A stretch of DNA of 33,043 nt from an uncultured archaeon (GCA_964549075.1 CAZJUB010000002.1:17723-50765); one strand, 5' to 3'; numbered from the stretch's first letter, positions 1 to 10,062 are shown. Notes: generated from the letters alone by a model not told the origin. Made by a program: numbers and translations.

Positions 1-630
1 AGGTTCTTCTTGAATCTCTTCATCGATAAATTCTAACTCATCTTTGTCAATTTCCCCAATTTCCTTTATCTCAATAGGTTGTGATACGATGGGTTCTTCA
101 AATTCTTGAATATCTTCTTTGGTTTGAAGTTCAGATTTTTCTAGACCAACATTTTCTTCTTCAATTTCATCAATTGAAGCAATTTGAGGTTTTTGAGAAA
201 GTGGAGATATTTTCTTCTTTAAAGATTTTAAATCTTCAATAAGAGAATTAATTTGCAGTTCTAAAGATTCAAGTTTTGTATTAATATATTGAACAGTATC
301 ATTCTCAGCCCCATTAAAACGATGATATTCTATTTGGAGCATATTTGCATAAGTAATAACATTATATACAGTATCAATCATCTCTGGAAGCTCTCTGAAC
401 CAAGGTCCTGCACTATCGAATTTTAGAAGAACATCTTTAGCTTTAGTAAAATGCTTTTCATATTCTTTCTTTTGTTCAGGAGGAAGGCATGTCTTCGCAT
501 AAGATGTTAAGGTAGCTAAGTTGGTAATAAGATGAGTTTTTACATCTTCTTCCTCTTCGGGATTATATTGTCCCTTTAAAACTCCCCAAAACATCCTTTT
601 TATTTCATCAATCGCTTTCTCAAGAGTCAT
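1..630 (-). CDS. Hypothetical protein, 3' end beyond the window (helical N-terminal domain, coiled coil, acidic tail)
   Basis: Not in the ORF track. ATG at 630, 2 bp after the stop of the upstream gene. Open for 210 codons to the window edge: MTLEKAIDEIKRMFWGVLKG...TKLESLELQINSLIEDLKSLKKK...EEIQEEP. Confidence 0.8.
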   Translation of the reverse strand, partial: MTLEKAIDEIKRMFWGVLKGQYNPEEEEDVKTHLITNLATLTSYAKTCLPPEQKKEYEKHFTKAKDVLLKFDSAGPWFRELPEMIDTVYNVITYANMLQIEYHRFNGAENDTVQYINTKLESLELQINSLIEDLKSLKKKISPLSQKPQIASIDEIEEENVGLEKSELQTKEDIQEFEEPIVSQPIEIKEIGEIDKDELEFIDEEIQEEP

Positions 631-632
631 TG

Positions 633-1646
633 TTAAAAACCTAGATTAATAGTTCGTCTTTTTGTAAAGTCAGGTGGTAGTGATGAATCGATGAATATCT
701 TTTCAGCCTTCAAATCATCTTTTAATTTGATAGCTGCATCTAGTTTTTCAGGCGAGGTTATATCCCAAAAGTAGAGTGATGGCTTAATGCCTGTTCCTGA
801 ATATTCACCTAAAACTGACAGAGATGTTAAAATTTGTTGATATGAAGGATCATCAGAGGAGGAGGAAATCTCACTCCACGGATTTATGTGTAATATTATG
901 TCGCTAGTGATTTTTGCCAGTTCAACGATGTTTTGACCAAAATGGTCTTGTGAACCTATTAAAGAATCAGTTTCTTTATCTATTTTCATAATGATTGATA
1001 TGTCTATATTCTTCAAACCTTTGACAGTATCTGTGACCTCTTTCAAAGTTTGATTTATGTATGTTGACCTTTCATCATTCCAATTTGATAGTAAGTCTTT
1101 GGATTCCAGATATTCAAAACTAAAATCACGTTCGATATTCCATTTGCTAGCAAATAGTCTTCTGCATCGGTCACAGAAGCAAGTTCTTTTGTTTGGAAGC
1201 ATTAAATCATCAAGTATCAACCCATCTATAGGATATTGTGCTACTTCTGAAGCAATAGAAGCTAAATATCTACTAAAGTTTTCTTGACTTGGACAAGCAT
1301 ACGATGTTATAGTTGCCCCATCACTACTTACAACTTTGAAATCTGCGTTTTGTGACAGAAAATTATCACTATATGAATTTATAATTGCATTAACACGAAT
1401 TCCCATATTATCTGCTATGGTACAGAATGAATGGAAAAACACCCCATTTGTTTTATCTCTTGGTGCACTATTGCTTTGGTAGTAAGTAAATCCTGATTTT
1501 CCCTTCGCAACTAGTGCAATTACATCTAAAATATGACCATAATGATCTAAGAAATCATCAGGATCAGTTTGAATAACAGTTGGATCAACCACTAAAATTG
1601 CTCCACTCTCAAGGATAGTTTTTAGTATATCTGACACTATAACCAC
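633..1646 (-). CDS. Glycoside-hydrolase-like TIM-barrel protein (GHL10/GHL6/GH42-like)
   Basis: ACPSQENFSRYLASIASEVAQYPIDGLILDD and CFCDRCRRLF match the CP...Y.IDG..LD and C.C..C patterns of these families. Confidence 0.6.
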   Translation of the reverse strand: MVIVSDILKTILESGAILVVDPTVIQTDPDDFLDHYGHILDVIALVAKGKSGFTYYQSNSAPRDKTNGVFFHSFCTIADNMGIRVNAIINSYSDNFLSQNADFKVVSSDGATITSYACPSQENFSRYLASIASEVAQYPIDGLILDDLMLPNKRTCFCDRCRRLFASKWNIERDFSFEYLESKDLLSNWNDERSTYINQTLKEVTDTVKGLKNIDISIIMKIDKETDSLIGSQDHFGQNIVELAKITSDIILHINPWSEISSSSDDPSYQQILTSLSVLGEYSGTGIKPSLYFWDITSPEKLDAAIKLKDDLKAEKIFIDSSLPPDFTKRRTINLGF

Positions 1647-1789
1647 GATATTGCTTTTAATATGATAAACACATTTCGCCTTATTAAAAGTTTGTTAGAG
1701 GATTATTCACAAACATGATTGAATAATATTGAAGTTAAAGAAAAACAAAGATTAAAATGAAAGTGTTATTGTTATTGTTATTGGATTTT

Positions 1790-2224
1790 TCATAAGTCAA
1801 GTAACATTAATTTAAAGTCCTCATCAACAACTCTATAATTAGTACCTTCAGTTTCTAAAATCACAAATTCACCTGTTACACTAATAATATTATTAGACAT
1901 AACATGACCTCCAAAAGCTTGACCTTTGGGATCACCAACAACCATATGTAAATGTATAATAATTTCTCCTGTTTCTTTATTTTTAGATACATTACCAGAA
2001 CAATTAACTAGTTCTGCGTTAAAATTATACGTGTTTGTGAAATATTCTTTCTTCTTTAAATCAAAGTATCCAATTGAAGGATTTTGTATCGCACCTATTC
2101 CTTGAACCGATCCCGATGAAATTTCGTTTTTATAGCAGTAAGCCATTATACTTTCGAGTAAATCTTCTCCCTTCATCAATCTAAGGAAATGAATTTGTTT
2201 AATTGAAGTAGTTTTGGATTTCAT
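1790..2224 (-). CDS. PPC/DUF296 domain protein
   Basis: LRLMKGEDLLESI, GIGA, HLHMVVGD and GGHV motifs; 144 aa. Confidence 0.9.
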   Translation of the reverse strand: MKSKTTSIKQIHFLRLMKGEDLLESIMAYCYKNEISSGSVQGIGAIQNPSIGYFDLKKKEYFTNTYNFNAELVNCSGNVSKNKETGEIIIHLHMVVGDPKGQAFGGHVMSNNIISVTGEFVILETEGTNYRVVDEDFKLMLLDL

Positions 2225-2426
2225 ATTTTTATTACTAGAATTTATAATAAATAAAAGTAGTGGGAAAATCCTGATGATTTTTTAAGACAAAATATCAAAT
2301 ATTATTATAGTAATTGTTGTATAATTGAACTATTAAAGCGATATATTGATATGGATGAACACTGATTAAAAATAAGCCAATTACGTACGCAATAGTTAAA
2401 GAACAAGTTCATGAGGTAAATCAATT

Positions 2427-5400
2427 TTGAACCAAAATAGTAAAGAAAATAATCAAAATAATACAAATTTAATGAGCTTTATCCAAAAAACTCAGGATAA
2501 TTCATCAAAATCGAACCATCATGATTCAAATCCAGATGAATGGTATGATGACTCGGAAGATAATGATTATAATTATGATTATTTAGAGGAGGAAAGTTAT
2601 GATTCCTCAGAACAAATTTTAGAAGAAAAAGGGAGTGATTATGTACTTCTTGCTCCAGAAAACCTTTCACCTTCTTATCTAATTGATGTAAAATACGATG
2701 GAAAGAACGAAAAAGCATATGTTAAATTGTATAATCCAGATGATGAAAGAGTATATAGATGGTATGATACTACTAACCATCTACCTTATTTGCTTACAAC
2801 TATGAAAAAAGCAGATGTTGAAAATATCATTGGAAATGAAAAAGAATATGTTGGATGTGAAGTGGTTAAGAAATACAGTCGGTTAAATCAAAAAAATCTT
2901 TCTTTGACTAAAGTTTTAGCAACCAATCCTTTGGCAATAGGTGGAAGAGATAGAAGTTATAGAGAAAAAATCAAACCAGCTTTTGAAGCAAATATCAGAT
3001 ATCATCTTAATTACATTTATGATAATTCTTTGATACCAGGCTTATTTTATGAGGTAAAAGACAAAAAGCTGATTCGAAAAGAACAAAAGATAGATCAGAA
3101 TGTTAAACAGAGCATATTAGAGATATTTAAAGGTCAATCTCCAGAGATATTAGAATTAGTTGAACAATATTTACCGCTATTTTTTGCTCCAATTCCAATG
3201 ATTAAGCGATGTTCAGTGGATATTGAAGTTGAAAGTGAAAAGAACAAAATACCTGATCCATATGCAGCAGAACAAAAAGTTATCTCGATAGCTATAACAA
3301 AAGAGAAAAATGAAACTTGTGTATATGTTCTTAATGAAGATAAGAAGAAAATAGATAAAAATAAAATTAGTATGAATGTAAAGGAATTTGAAAATGAAGC
3401 AGACCTCCTAGTAGAAGTTTTCAAAGAAATAAGCAAGAATCCTATGGTTGTGACTTTTAACGGAGATAGTTTTGATTTTCTATACCTTGATAATCGTGCT
3501 AAGAAATTGAAGATACAGGAAAGCTTAATTCCTTTTGTCAGAACTAGAACTCAAGATGTTTATTTAGTAAATGGAGTTCATTTTGATCTCTATAGATTTT
3601 TCAGACAACCTGCTATTCGAATATATGCTTTCGGTGGTGCTTACGAGCGTAATACTCTAGATGAGCTTGGAAAAACACTTCTTAATAAGGAGAAATTAAA
3701 ACATGAAAAGGACATCTGGGATCTAGATTTAGAGGAATTAATTGAGTATAATGGTAGAGATGCTGAAATAACTTATGAATTAACTAGTTTCAACAACAAT
3801 CAAGTAATCGAATTAATAATTATGCTCTCAAGAATAACTAAAATGCCTATCGATGATTTCACAAGAGCCAGTATCAGTATCTGGATACAAAATTGGATGT
3901 ATTTTGAGCATAGAATCAGAAATAATTTGATTCCTAGACAAGAAGACATACTCCAACTCAAAGGAGACACTTCAACAGAAGCAATAATCAAAGGTAAAAA
4001 ATACCAAGGAGCGATAGTTATAGAACCTCAAGCTGGTGTTTGGTGGAATGTTTATACATTAGATTTTGCAAGTTTGTACCCATCCATAATAAAAACAAGA
4101 AATTTATCATATGAATCTATTAACTGCAATCATCCAGAATGTAAGAAAAATAAAATTCCTGAAACAAATCATTGGATATGTGAAAGGCAAGTAGGTATAA
4201 GTTCAATGCTTATTGGTTTTATACGTGACATGAGGGTTTATTGGTTTAAGGAAAGAGCAAAAGATGCTTCTTTAAGTGAAAATGATAGAAAACAAAGTGA
4301 TGTAATCCAATCTTCCCTTAAAGTGCTACTAAATGCTTGTTTACCATATGATGAAGAGCTAATAATTCGAGATAAAAACAAGGCTATTAAGAAAATAAAA
4401 ATCGGAGATTTGAAGTTCCAAAATTGGAGAGATTTAGAGGTTCTTTCTGTTGAGCTCAACAAAGAAAATTTTGGTAAAAAGATTTTTGTTCCTATTCTTG
4501 ACTTTATGGATAATGGTGAGCAGGAACTAATAGAAATTACTGCTAAAGACGGAAGGTCGTTAAGATGTACTAAAGAACACGTAATTCCTAGATTTTTTAA
4601 TGGAAAAATTTTAGAAATTGCAGCTGAGGACTTAAAAGTAGGAGATGATATTCTTTTTTGTAATAAAATTGAATTACCTAATAATAAATCAGAACATCTC
4701 TTTATACCAGATGAATTACTAATAGACTTCTTGATAGGATTATCCAGAGACAATTATGTAAAGTATTCATATAGAAACAATCAGTATACTGAAAATCCTA
4801 TAATAGCACTAATAAATGAAAAATTTCAGTATTCCAAACAATCAAAAATGTATAAATGTTTATGGAGTCAACTTCAAGAAGAAGAAAAATCTCTATTAAA
4901 AGAAAATTCTCAGAATTTTGAATTTAAGATTAAACAACATGGAATTGTAGGAAAATGGTATCCAGCTCAAATAGAACTATCAGAGGATTTCTTTAAACTA
5001 TTAGGATATTATATTAGTGAAGGATCGATAGCGAAGAATCGATTTCATATCTACCAGAAAAAAATCAATAACGAGAAGAAATATAGTACAATTGAAGATG
5101 TAATGGAAAAATTTTCAAAGAAAAGGTATTTTCAACTGTATACAACAGAACGTTCTTTCACAGGTAATGGAAACATAATGACTGAATTATTAAAAGCTTT
5201 ATGCGGAAAAGGAAGTAGAAACAAGCGAATCCCTACTCACATCTTAAATAAAAAACGAAGCGAAGTTTTACTTGATGCTTATTTTCTAGGCGATGGGAAT
5301 TATAACAAACGAGGGAAGAAAAGGTACTCAACAATTAGTGTTCAACTTAAAAATGACTTAATATATTTAATAAATGGTTTAAATTTAAACGCGTCAATTC

Positions 5401-6470
5401 ATAAAGGGAAGAGTGGAATTTTTCGTATTGTCGAAACTGATGGAAAGAACTATAAAAGAAAGGGAATGAGCGAGTTACAATTTAATAATACAACTGTTGA
5501 CAAAATAGTTTCGATTGTTTCTTTACCTAAAGAAAGAGTATACGACATTACAACTGGAAATGGGTGGTTCATAACTACTAATGGTCTGGTAGTTCACAAT
5601 TGTTACGGTGTCTTTGGCTCAGATAATTTTGCTCTTTATTGCCCTCCTGTTGCTGAATCAACAGCAGCTTTAGCGCGAGAAGCTATTTCAAAAACAAAAC
5701 AATATGCAGAAGAGAAACTAGGACTAAAAGTCCTTTATGGAGATACTGATAGTGTTTTTATTCATAGACCTACTTCTGAAAATATCAAAGAATTAGAAAA
5801 GTGGAGTATGGATACTTTTCAGATTGAACTAGGTACAGATTATATATTCAGATATTGCTGCCTTTCTGATAGGAAAAAGAATTACTTCGGAATCACTACT
5901 AAGGGAGTTCCAATTGTTAAGGGATTAATGGGTAAAAAGAAGAATACACCAGAATTAGCTAAGAAACCTTTTGAAAAAGCATTAGATATTCTAGCAAAAG
6001 TTAAAAATCCAGAAGAACTTGAAGCAGCTAAATCCAAGATTATTAAAACAGTCCAAAGAGTCAACCAAAAAATTTCAAAACGAGAATTTAACCTTGAGGA
6101 ACTAGCTATTAGCGTTACATTATCTAAGAAAATTAATCAATATGACAGCTGGACGCAACCACTTCAAGCAGCAATTCAACTTATAGAAAAGTTTCCGGAA
6201 AGAGAAAAACCAACTATTGGTAGTCTCATAAGTTTCGTAAAAACAAAGCCATTCAAAATTTCATCACACTCTGTTAAATTATCTGATAAAATAACTGGAA
6301 GTTATGAGTGTTCTGTTAAACCAATTGAATTAGCTAAAAAAACCGATGTAGATATAGCGAAAGTTAAAGAACTACTAAAATCTACTTTAATACAATTACT
6401 TGATACAATAGGTATCTCTTGGACTGAATCGATTGAAGGCCAAAAATCCTTAGATAATTGGTTTAAATAG
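2427..6470 (+). CDS. polB1: Family B DNA polymerase, PolB1-type, intein-containing (926 aa after splicing)
   Basis: Exonuclease motifs DIE, FNGDSFD, YNGRDA. Polymerase motifs DFASLYPS, KVLLNA|CYG, YGDTDS. PolB1-type N-terminus (YDGKNEKAYVKLY...DTTNHLPY). GAGGT at 2413-2417 supports the TTG start; alternative ATG at 2472. Confidence 0.95.
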   Translation: MNQNSKENNQNNTNLMSFIQKTQDNSSKSNHHDSNPDEWYDDSEDNDYNYDYLEEESYDSSEQILEEKGSDYVLLAPENLSPSYLIDVKYDGKNEKAYVKLYNPDDERVYRWYDTTNHLPYLLTTMKKADVENIIGNEKEYVGCEVVKKYSRLNQKNLSLTKVLATNPLAIGGRDRSYREKIKPAFEANIRYHLNYIYDNSLIPGLFYEVKDKKLIRKEQKIDQNVKQSILEIFKGQSPEILELVEQYLPLFFAPIPMIKRCSVDIEVESEKNKIPDPYAAEQKVISIAITKEKNETCVYVLNEDKKKIDKNKISMNVKEFENEADLLVEVFKEISKNPMVVTFNGDSFDFLYLDNRAKKLKIQESLIPFVRTRTQDVYLVNGVHFDLYRFFRQPAIRIYAFGGAYERNTLDELGKTLLNKEKLKHEKDIWDLDLEELIEYNGRDAEITYELTSFNNNQVIELIIMLSRITKMPIDDFTRASISIWIQNWMYFEHRIRNNLIPRQEDILQLKGDTSTEAIIKGKKYQGAIVIEPQAGVWWNVYTLDFASLYPSIIKTRNLSYESINCNHPECKKNKIPETNHWICERQVGISSMLIGFIRDMRVYWFKERAKDASLSENDRKQSDVIQSSLKVLLNACLPYDEELIIRDKNKAIKKIKIGDLKFQNWRDLEVLSVELNKENFGKKIFVPILDFMDNGEQELIEITAKDGRSLRCTKEHVIPRFFNGKILEIAAEDLKVGDDILFCNKIELPNNKSEHLFIPDELLIDFLIGLSRDNYVKYSYRNNQYTENPIIALINEKFQYSKQSKMYKCLWSQLQEEEKSLLKENSQNFEFKIKQHGIVGKWYPAQIELSEDFFKLLGYYISEGSIAKNRFHIYQKKINNEKKYSTIEDVMEKFSKKRYFQLYTTERSFTGNGNIMTELLKALCGKGSRNKRIPTHILNKKRSEVLLDAYFLGDGNYNKRGKKRYSTISVQLKNDLIYLINGLNLNASIHKGKSGIFRIVETDGKNYKRKGMSELQFNNTTVDKIVSIVSLPKERVYDITTGNGWFITTNGLVVHNCYGVFGSDNFALYCPPVAESTAALAREAISKTKQYAEEKLGLKVLYGDTDSVFIHRPTSENIKELEKWSMDTFQIELGTDYIFRYCCLSDRKKNYFGITTKGVPIVKGLMGKKKNTPELAKKPFEKALDILAKVKNPEELEAAKSKIIKTVQRVNQKISKREFNLEELAISVTLSKKINQYDSWTQPLQAAIQLIEKFPEREKPTIGSLISFVKTKPFKISSHSVKLSDKITGSYECSVKPIELAKKTDVDIAKVKELLKSTLIQLLDTIGISWTESIEGQKSLDNWFK
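4338..5600 (+). mobile_element. Intein with LAGLIDADG homing endonuclease (421 aa) in polymerase motif B
   Basis: Starts CLPYDEE, block B CTKEHVI, LAGLIDADG blocks LLGYYISEGS and LLDAYFLGDGN, ends VYDITTGNGWFITTNGLVVHN, followed by Cys at +1. Removing it restores KVLLNACYGVFG. Confidence 0.95.
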
Positions 6471-6486
6471 ATATGGGGGTTTGCAG

Positions 6487-7200
6487 ATGCCAGAAACTAG
6501 TATGATCAGAATATCACAAAAATCATTGAATATTGAAAATTTAAATGATCTATATTCTTCACTTGAAGAAGAAAAAATTACAATAAAAAGAATCTTTGAT
6601 CCACGGTATTCACATTCTGGTGATGATCTTATAATAGAAGGAAATATTGACAATGTGCTTGCTAGACTTTCAGCAGATTTGCCGAGAGTGATTGGTATTA
6701 GATTCAAAACAAATGATCTCTATCAAGAACTTGAATCTAAAACAGCTCTAAATATTGAACATGAAGATACAAGAATCTTTTTTGGAGCTACTTTAATTAA
6801 TTATGATTTACTTTACAATCGATTAAGAATATCAGATAAAACAAAAATACTATCAATGTTTTTTAGATCGCAACTAGGTGCTCAATTTGGAGCTCTGATG
6901 CCAGTTAAAATAAAAGGAGTTGTTGTAGCTAATAAAGTAACAAAAACTGTTGAATTTATACTACCATCACAAAGAATAGCTACTTTAAAAGCTTGGATTG
7001 AATTATTAGAACAAAAGCAAAATGTTGATTTCGATGATCTTGTAGATATATTTAGAAAAACAGATCCAATAATGCGCAAAAAAATGGAAGATGCAATGAA
7101 TTGGGTAAATCAACATCTTCCTGAAATAGTTGCTAAATCTTCATTAATAGAAAATATAGATATTGTAAGAGCATATCAAAGCACTTTGGATTTGATGTAG
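6487..7200 (+). CDS. Hypothetical protein directly downstream of polB
   Basis: Long ORF; ATG at 6487 preceded by GGGGT (6476-6480), in-frame TTG at 6481. No family recognised. Confidence 0.8.
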   Translation: MPETSMIRISQKSLNIENLNDLYSSLEEEKITIKRIFDPRYSHSGDDLIIEGNIDNVLARLSADLPRVIGIRFKTNDLYQELESKTALNIEHEDTRIFFGATLINYDLLYNRLRISDKTKILSMFFRSQLGAQFGALMPVKIKGVVVANKVTKTVEFILPSQRIATLKAWIELLEQKQNVDFDDLVDIFRKTDPIMRKKMEDAMNWVNQHLPEIVAKSSLIENIDIVRAYQSTLDLM

Positions 7201-7279
7201 GAAAGAACAATTTAAATGGCTCATAAAGAGTTAAAGTTAAAAACATTAGTTCTTCCTATGGTCTGAAGGAGACATACTA

Positions 7280-7966
7280 ATGAGAAAAATCAGTCAAATA
7301 CTCTTTATGACTTTGCTTATATCTATTCTATGCTATTCTTATTCAACAGTAAGTTTTATTCCAGAAGATCAATTAGTTTTTGATCAAATAGCATTTCAAA
7401 GAGAAGCAGTCATTGGAGATAATATAACTGTTGGAATTTTCATAAAAAACTTCTTAAATTATACAATTACAAACATCACTGTCTCCTTGAACCTCACAGA
7501 TTCCAATCAACTAAGATTATCATCCTGTTCACTTGGTGTTCTAAGTGGTGATAATATTACAATTAATGAGATGACAACATCACCAGCAATTGGTGATTTT
7601 ACAGCAACCAATATCACTGGTTTATTTATGTCAAATAGCTATTTGGAATATAATATATCTGAAATTAAACCAAATCAGAGTGTTATTTTCAACTATAATA
7701 TCACATCAGATACAATAGTAAGTGCTCAGATACCCTATGCTTACATGTCCTACTATGATAACTGGACTGATTTACAGGAAAATACCAGAAATAAAAATAG
7801 ATTTCTATTAGATTTTGTTTCTGGTATTCCAACGTTAAATCCCTATTTGCCACAATGGAGTATAGGTAACAAAATTCCTGAAGGTTGGGTATGGGTCATT
7901 TTTGTGGTGGTACCAGTAGCAATTGCTGCTGCAGCGTCATTTATTCTATCTTTCAAAAGAAGATAA
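7280..7966 (+). CDS. Type I membrane glycoprotein, TRAP-beta/BatD/DUF11-like Ig fold
   Basis: Signal peptide; EAVIGDNITVGIFIKN...EIKPNQSVIFNYNI...IPYAYMSY pattern; C-terminal TM helix followed by KRR; 10 N-x-S/T sequons. Confidence 0.6.
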   Translation: MRKISQILFMTLLISILCYSYSTVSFIPEDQLVFDQIAFQREAVIGDNITVGIFIKNFLNYTITNITVSLNLTDSNQLRLSSCSLGVLSGDNITINEMTTSPAIGDFTATNITGLFMSNSYLEYNISEIKPNQSVIFNYNITSDTIVSAQIPYAYMSYYDNWTDLQENTRNKNRFLLDFVSGIPTLNPYLPQWSIGNKIPEGWVWVIFVVVPVAIAAAASFILSFKRR

Positions 7967-7986
7967 TGTCTCAAGGTTCCTTTTCT

Positions 7987-8847
7987 TTATTGTTTATAGT
8001 CGTAGAATCCAATTCCTGCTTTTTTTCCTAACTTACCTTCTTTTACCATCTTTTTCAATAAAGGAGCAGGTTCATATTGTTCTCCAAGCTGGTCTTTGAT
8101 ATAATTTCCAATGTTTAACATAACATCTAAGCCGATATAATCAGATAGCTCAAAAGGTCCCATAGGGTGGTTTAAACCCAGTTTAATAGCTTTATCAATG
8201 TGTTCTTTTTCAGCTACACCTGACTCTAAAAGTTTGTATGATTCATTTAGAAACATCCATAATAATCTATTAACAATAAAACCTGGCGCTTCTCTTGATA
8301 ATACAGGCGTTTTCTCTAAATGTTTACATAGAGCGATTATAGTAGTAATTGTTTCATCACTAGTTTCCTCACCTTTTATAACCTCAACCAAATCCATAAG
8401 AGCAGGGGGATTGAAAAAGTGCATTCCTATTAGTTTGTCAGGTCTTTTAGTTGCAGAAGCAAGATCAGATATCTTTAAAGCTGATGTATTAGTAGCAAAT
8501 ATCACATTGTTATCACAATACAACTCGAGTTTTTCAAATAACTTTTTTTTAGCTTTTTCATCCTCAGTTATTGCTTCTATCACTAATTGTATATCTTGAG
8601 TTGCTTCTTTCAGATTAAGGTGAGGATGGATATTTTTCTTTAGAATTTTGATTTCCCCATCATTTATCTTCCCTTTTCTTTTCCTAGAATCGAGAAATCT
8701 TTGAATGCTGTTTAAACCAGAATCTAAAAATTTTTGATCAATATCAACAAGATTCACTTCTACTCCTGCTTTTGCTAGGACAAGAGCTATACCACTACCC
8801 ATTGTCCCTGAACCAATAACAGCTATTTTCTTGAATTGAGAATCCAT
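7987..8847 (-). CDS. hbd: 3-hydroxyacyl-CoA (3-hydroxybutyryl-CoA) dehydrogenase
   Basis: VIGSGTMGSGIA, IEAITE, TNTS, GMHFFNP, PGFIVNR, HPMGPFEL.D.IGLD. ATG at 8847 preferred over TTG at 8856. Confidence 0.93.
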   Translation of the reverse strand: MDSQFKKIAVIGSGTMGSGIALVLAKAGVEVNLVDIDQKFLDSGLNSIQRFLDSRKRKGKINDGEIKILKKNIHPHLNLKEATQDIQLVIEAITEDEKAKKKLFEKLELYCDNNVIFATNTSALKISDLASATKRPDKLIGMHFFNPPALMDLVEVIKGEETSDETITTIIALCKHLEKTPVLSREAPGFIVNRLLWMFLNESYKLLESGVAEKEHIDKAIKLGLNHPMGPFELSDYIGLDVMLNIGNYIKDQLGEQYEPAPLLKKMVKEGKLGKKAGIGFYDYKQ

Positions 8848-8972
8848 ACAATTCAAAATATTACTATGTAATATTTAAGAATTAACAAGTGTCCGTAAAA
8901 GTTGGATACATATAGTTTCTCGTAACTGCGAGGTATTACATCGCCTTTTAATATTTTTTTAGGTTTTTTTAC

Positions 8973-9545
8973 ATGGTGCACCAGAAGATGGGGTCAAAGG
9001 TAGAAGTTAAATTCCGCGACTATGACATCTATAAGCTTGCAATATGTGGTCCCGGAAGATCTGGTAAGACAACAATATGTAAGAGAATTAGCGAAAATAT
9101 TTTTCTGAAAAAATATAAACCAACAGTTGGAGCTGAATTTCATACTTATTCATTTAGGACTAAGCAAGGTAAAGCTGTTGCTCTTTTCTATGATATGGCT
9201 GGTCAGAAACGATTTGGGATTGTAAGAAAACTGCTATATCCTGGAACAAACGCAGCAGCTATTATTTATGATGTATCAAACAGAGATTCTTTCAAACAGT
9301 GTGCAGATTGGATTAGGGAATTAAGACAAGAAAACATCAACATAGACATAACTATTGTTGGAAATAAAACAGACATTTCAAGAGAAATACAACGTGATGA
9401 CGCCGAGAGAATAGCTAGAAGATTGGGATGTCGTTATGTTGAGACTTCTGCTCTTACTGGAGATGGTGTAGCAATACTTTTAAGAACCTTAATTGAGAGT
9501 GCAATGAAAGACCAAAGCAACAAATACAAATTAAGTGGAAGATAA
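8973..9545 (+). CDS. Ras-superfamily small GTPase, Rab-like
   Basis: G1 GPGRSGKT, G2 PTVG, G3 DMAGQ, G4 NKTD, G5 ETSAL; no C-terminal prenylation cysteines. Confidence 0.93.
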   Translation: MVHQKMGSKVEVKFRDYDIYKLAICGPGRSGKTTICKRISENIFLKKYKPTVGAEFHTYSFRTKQGKAVALFYDMAGQKRFGIVRKLLYPGTNAAAIIYDVSNRDSFKQCADWIRELRQENINIDITIVGNKTDISREIQRDDAERIARRLGCRYVETSALTGDGVAILLRTLIESAMKDQSNKYKLSGR

Positions 9546-9612
9546 TTTTTGCTTTTCTTTTGACTCATCTTTTAGCGGAAGATTTTTCAGCGTCTAAACA
9601 TTCAAAAAACTG

Positions 9613-10062
9613 ATGAGTAAAAAAATCCGACGAGTTTCGAATATCAAAATATATGTAACGCAATATGCCATTTTTCTACTTGGAGGAGTTTTATTCATTG
9701 TTGGTATTTACATGTATGATTATGGTGCAGGTCTTGCAGAAATCAACCCAGATGAAAGAGGATTAGAAATTGCAGGATTTATCTTAATTGCTTTAGGATT
9801 GATTTTTGTTGTTCTTTCTTATATCTATGCTCGTACAGGCGCTAAAGTTATAGGTACAAACTGTCCTTTATGTCATGGAACAGGTTATGTTGATGCAGGA
9901 TTCAGAAAACAAGCAAGAAAAGAAATCTGTTCAGTTTGTAATGGGACAGGAAAGATGTATGATAAAGGAACGAAAATGTGGGAAGAAGAACAAAGAAAAC
10001 AAGTTCTTCAGAAAAAAACTCAAGAGAATACTGAAAGCAAATTAATAGATGAAGAAAAATAG
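9613..10062 (+). CDS. Two-TM membrane protein with a DnaJ-type zinc finger
   Basis: Two hydrophobic helices, then CPLCHGTG and CSVCNGTG (CxxCxGxG twice); no J-domain HPD motif. Confidence 0.8.
   Translation: MSKKIRRVSNIKIYVTQYAIFLLGGVLFIVGIYMYDYGAGLAEINPDERGLEIAGFILIALGLIFVVLSYIYARTGAKVIGTNCPLCHGTGYVDAGFRKQARKEICSVCNGTGKMYDKGTKMWEEEQRKQVLQKKTQENTESKLIDEEK

Noticed and set aside
1764-1781. (TGTTAT)x3 microsatellite
   Set aside because: Short AT-rich repeat with no evidence of function.
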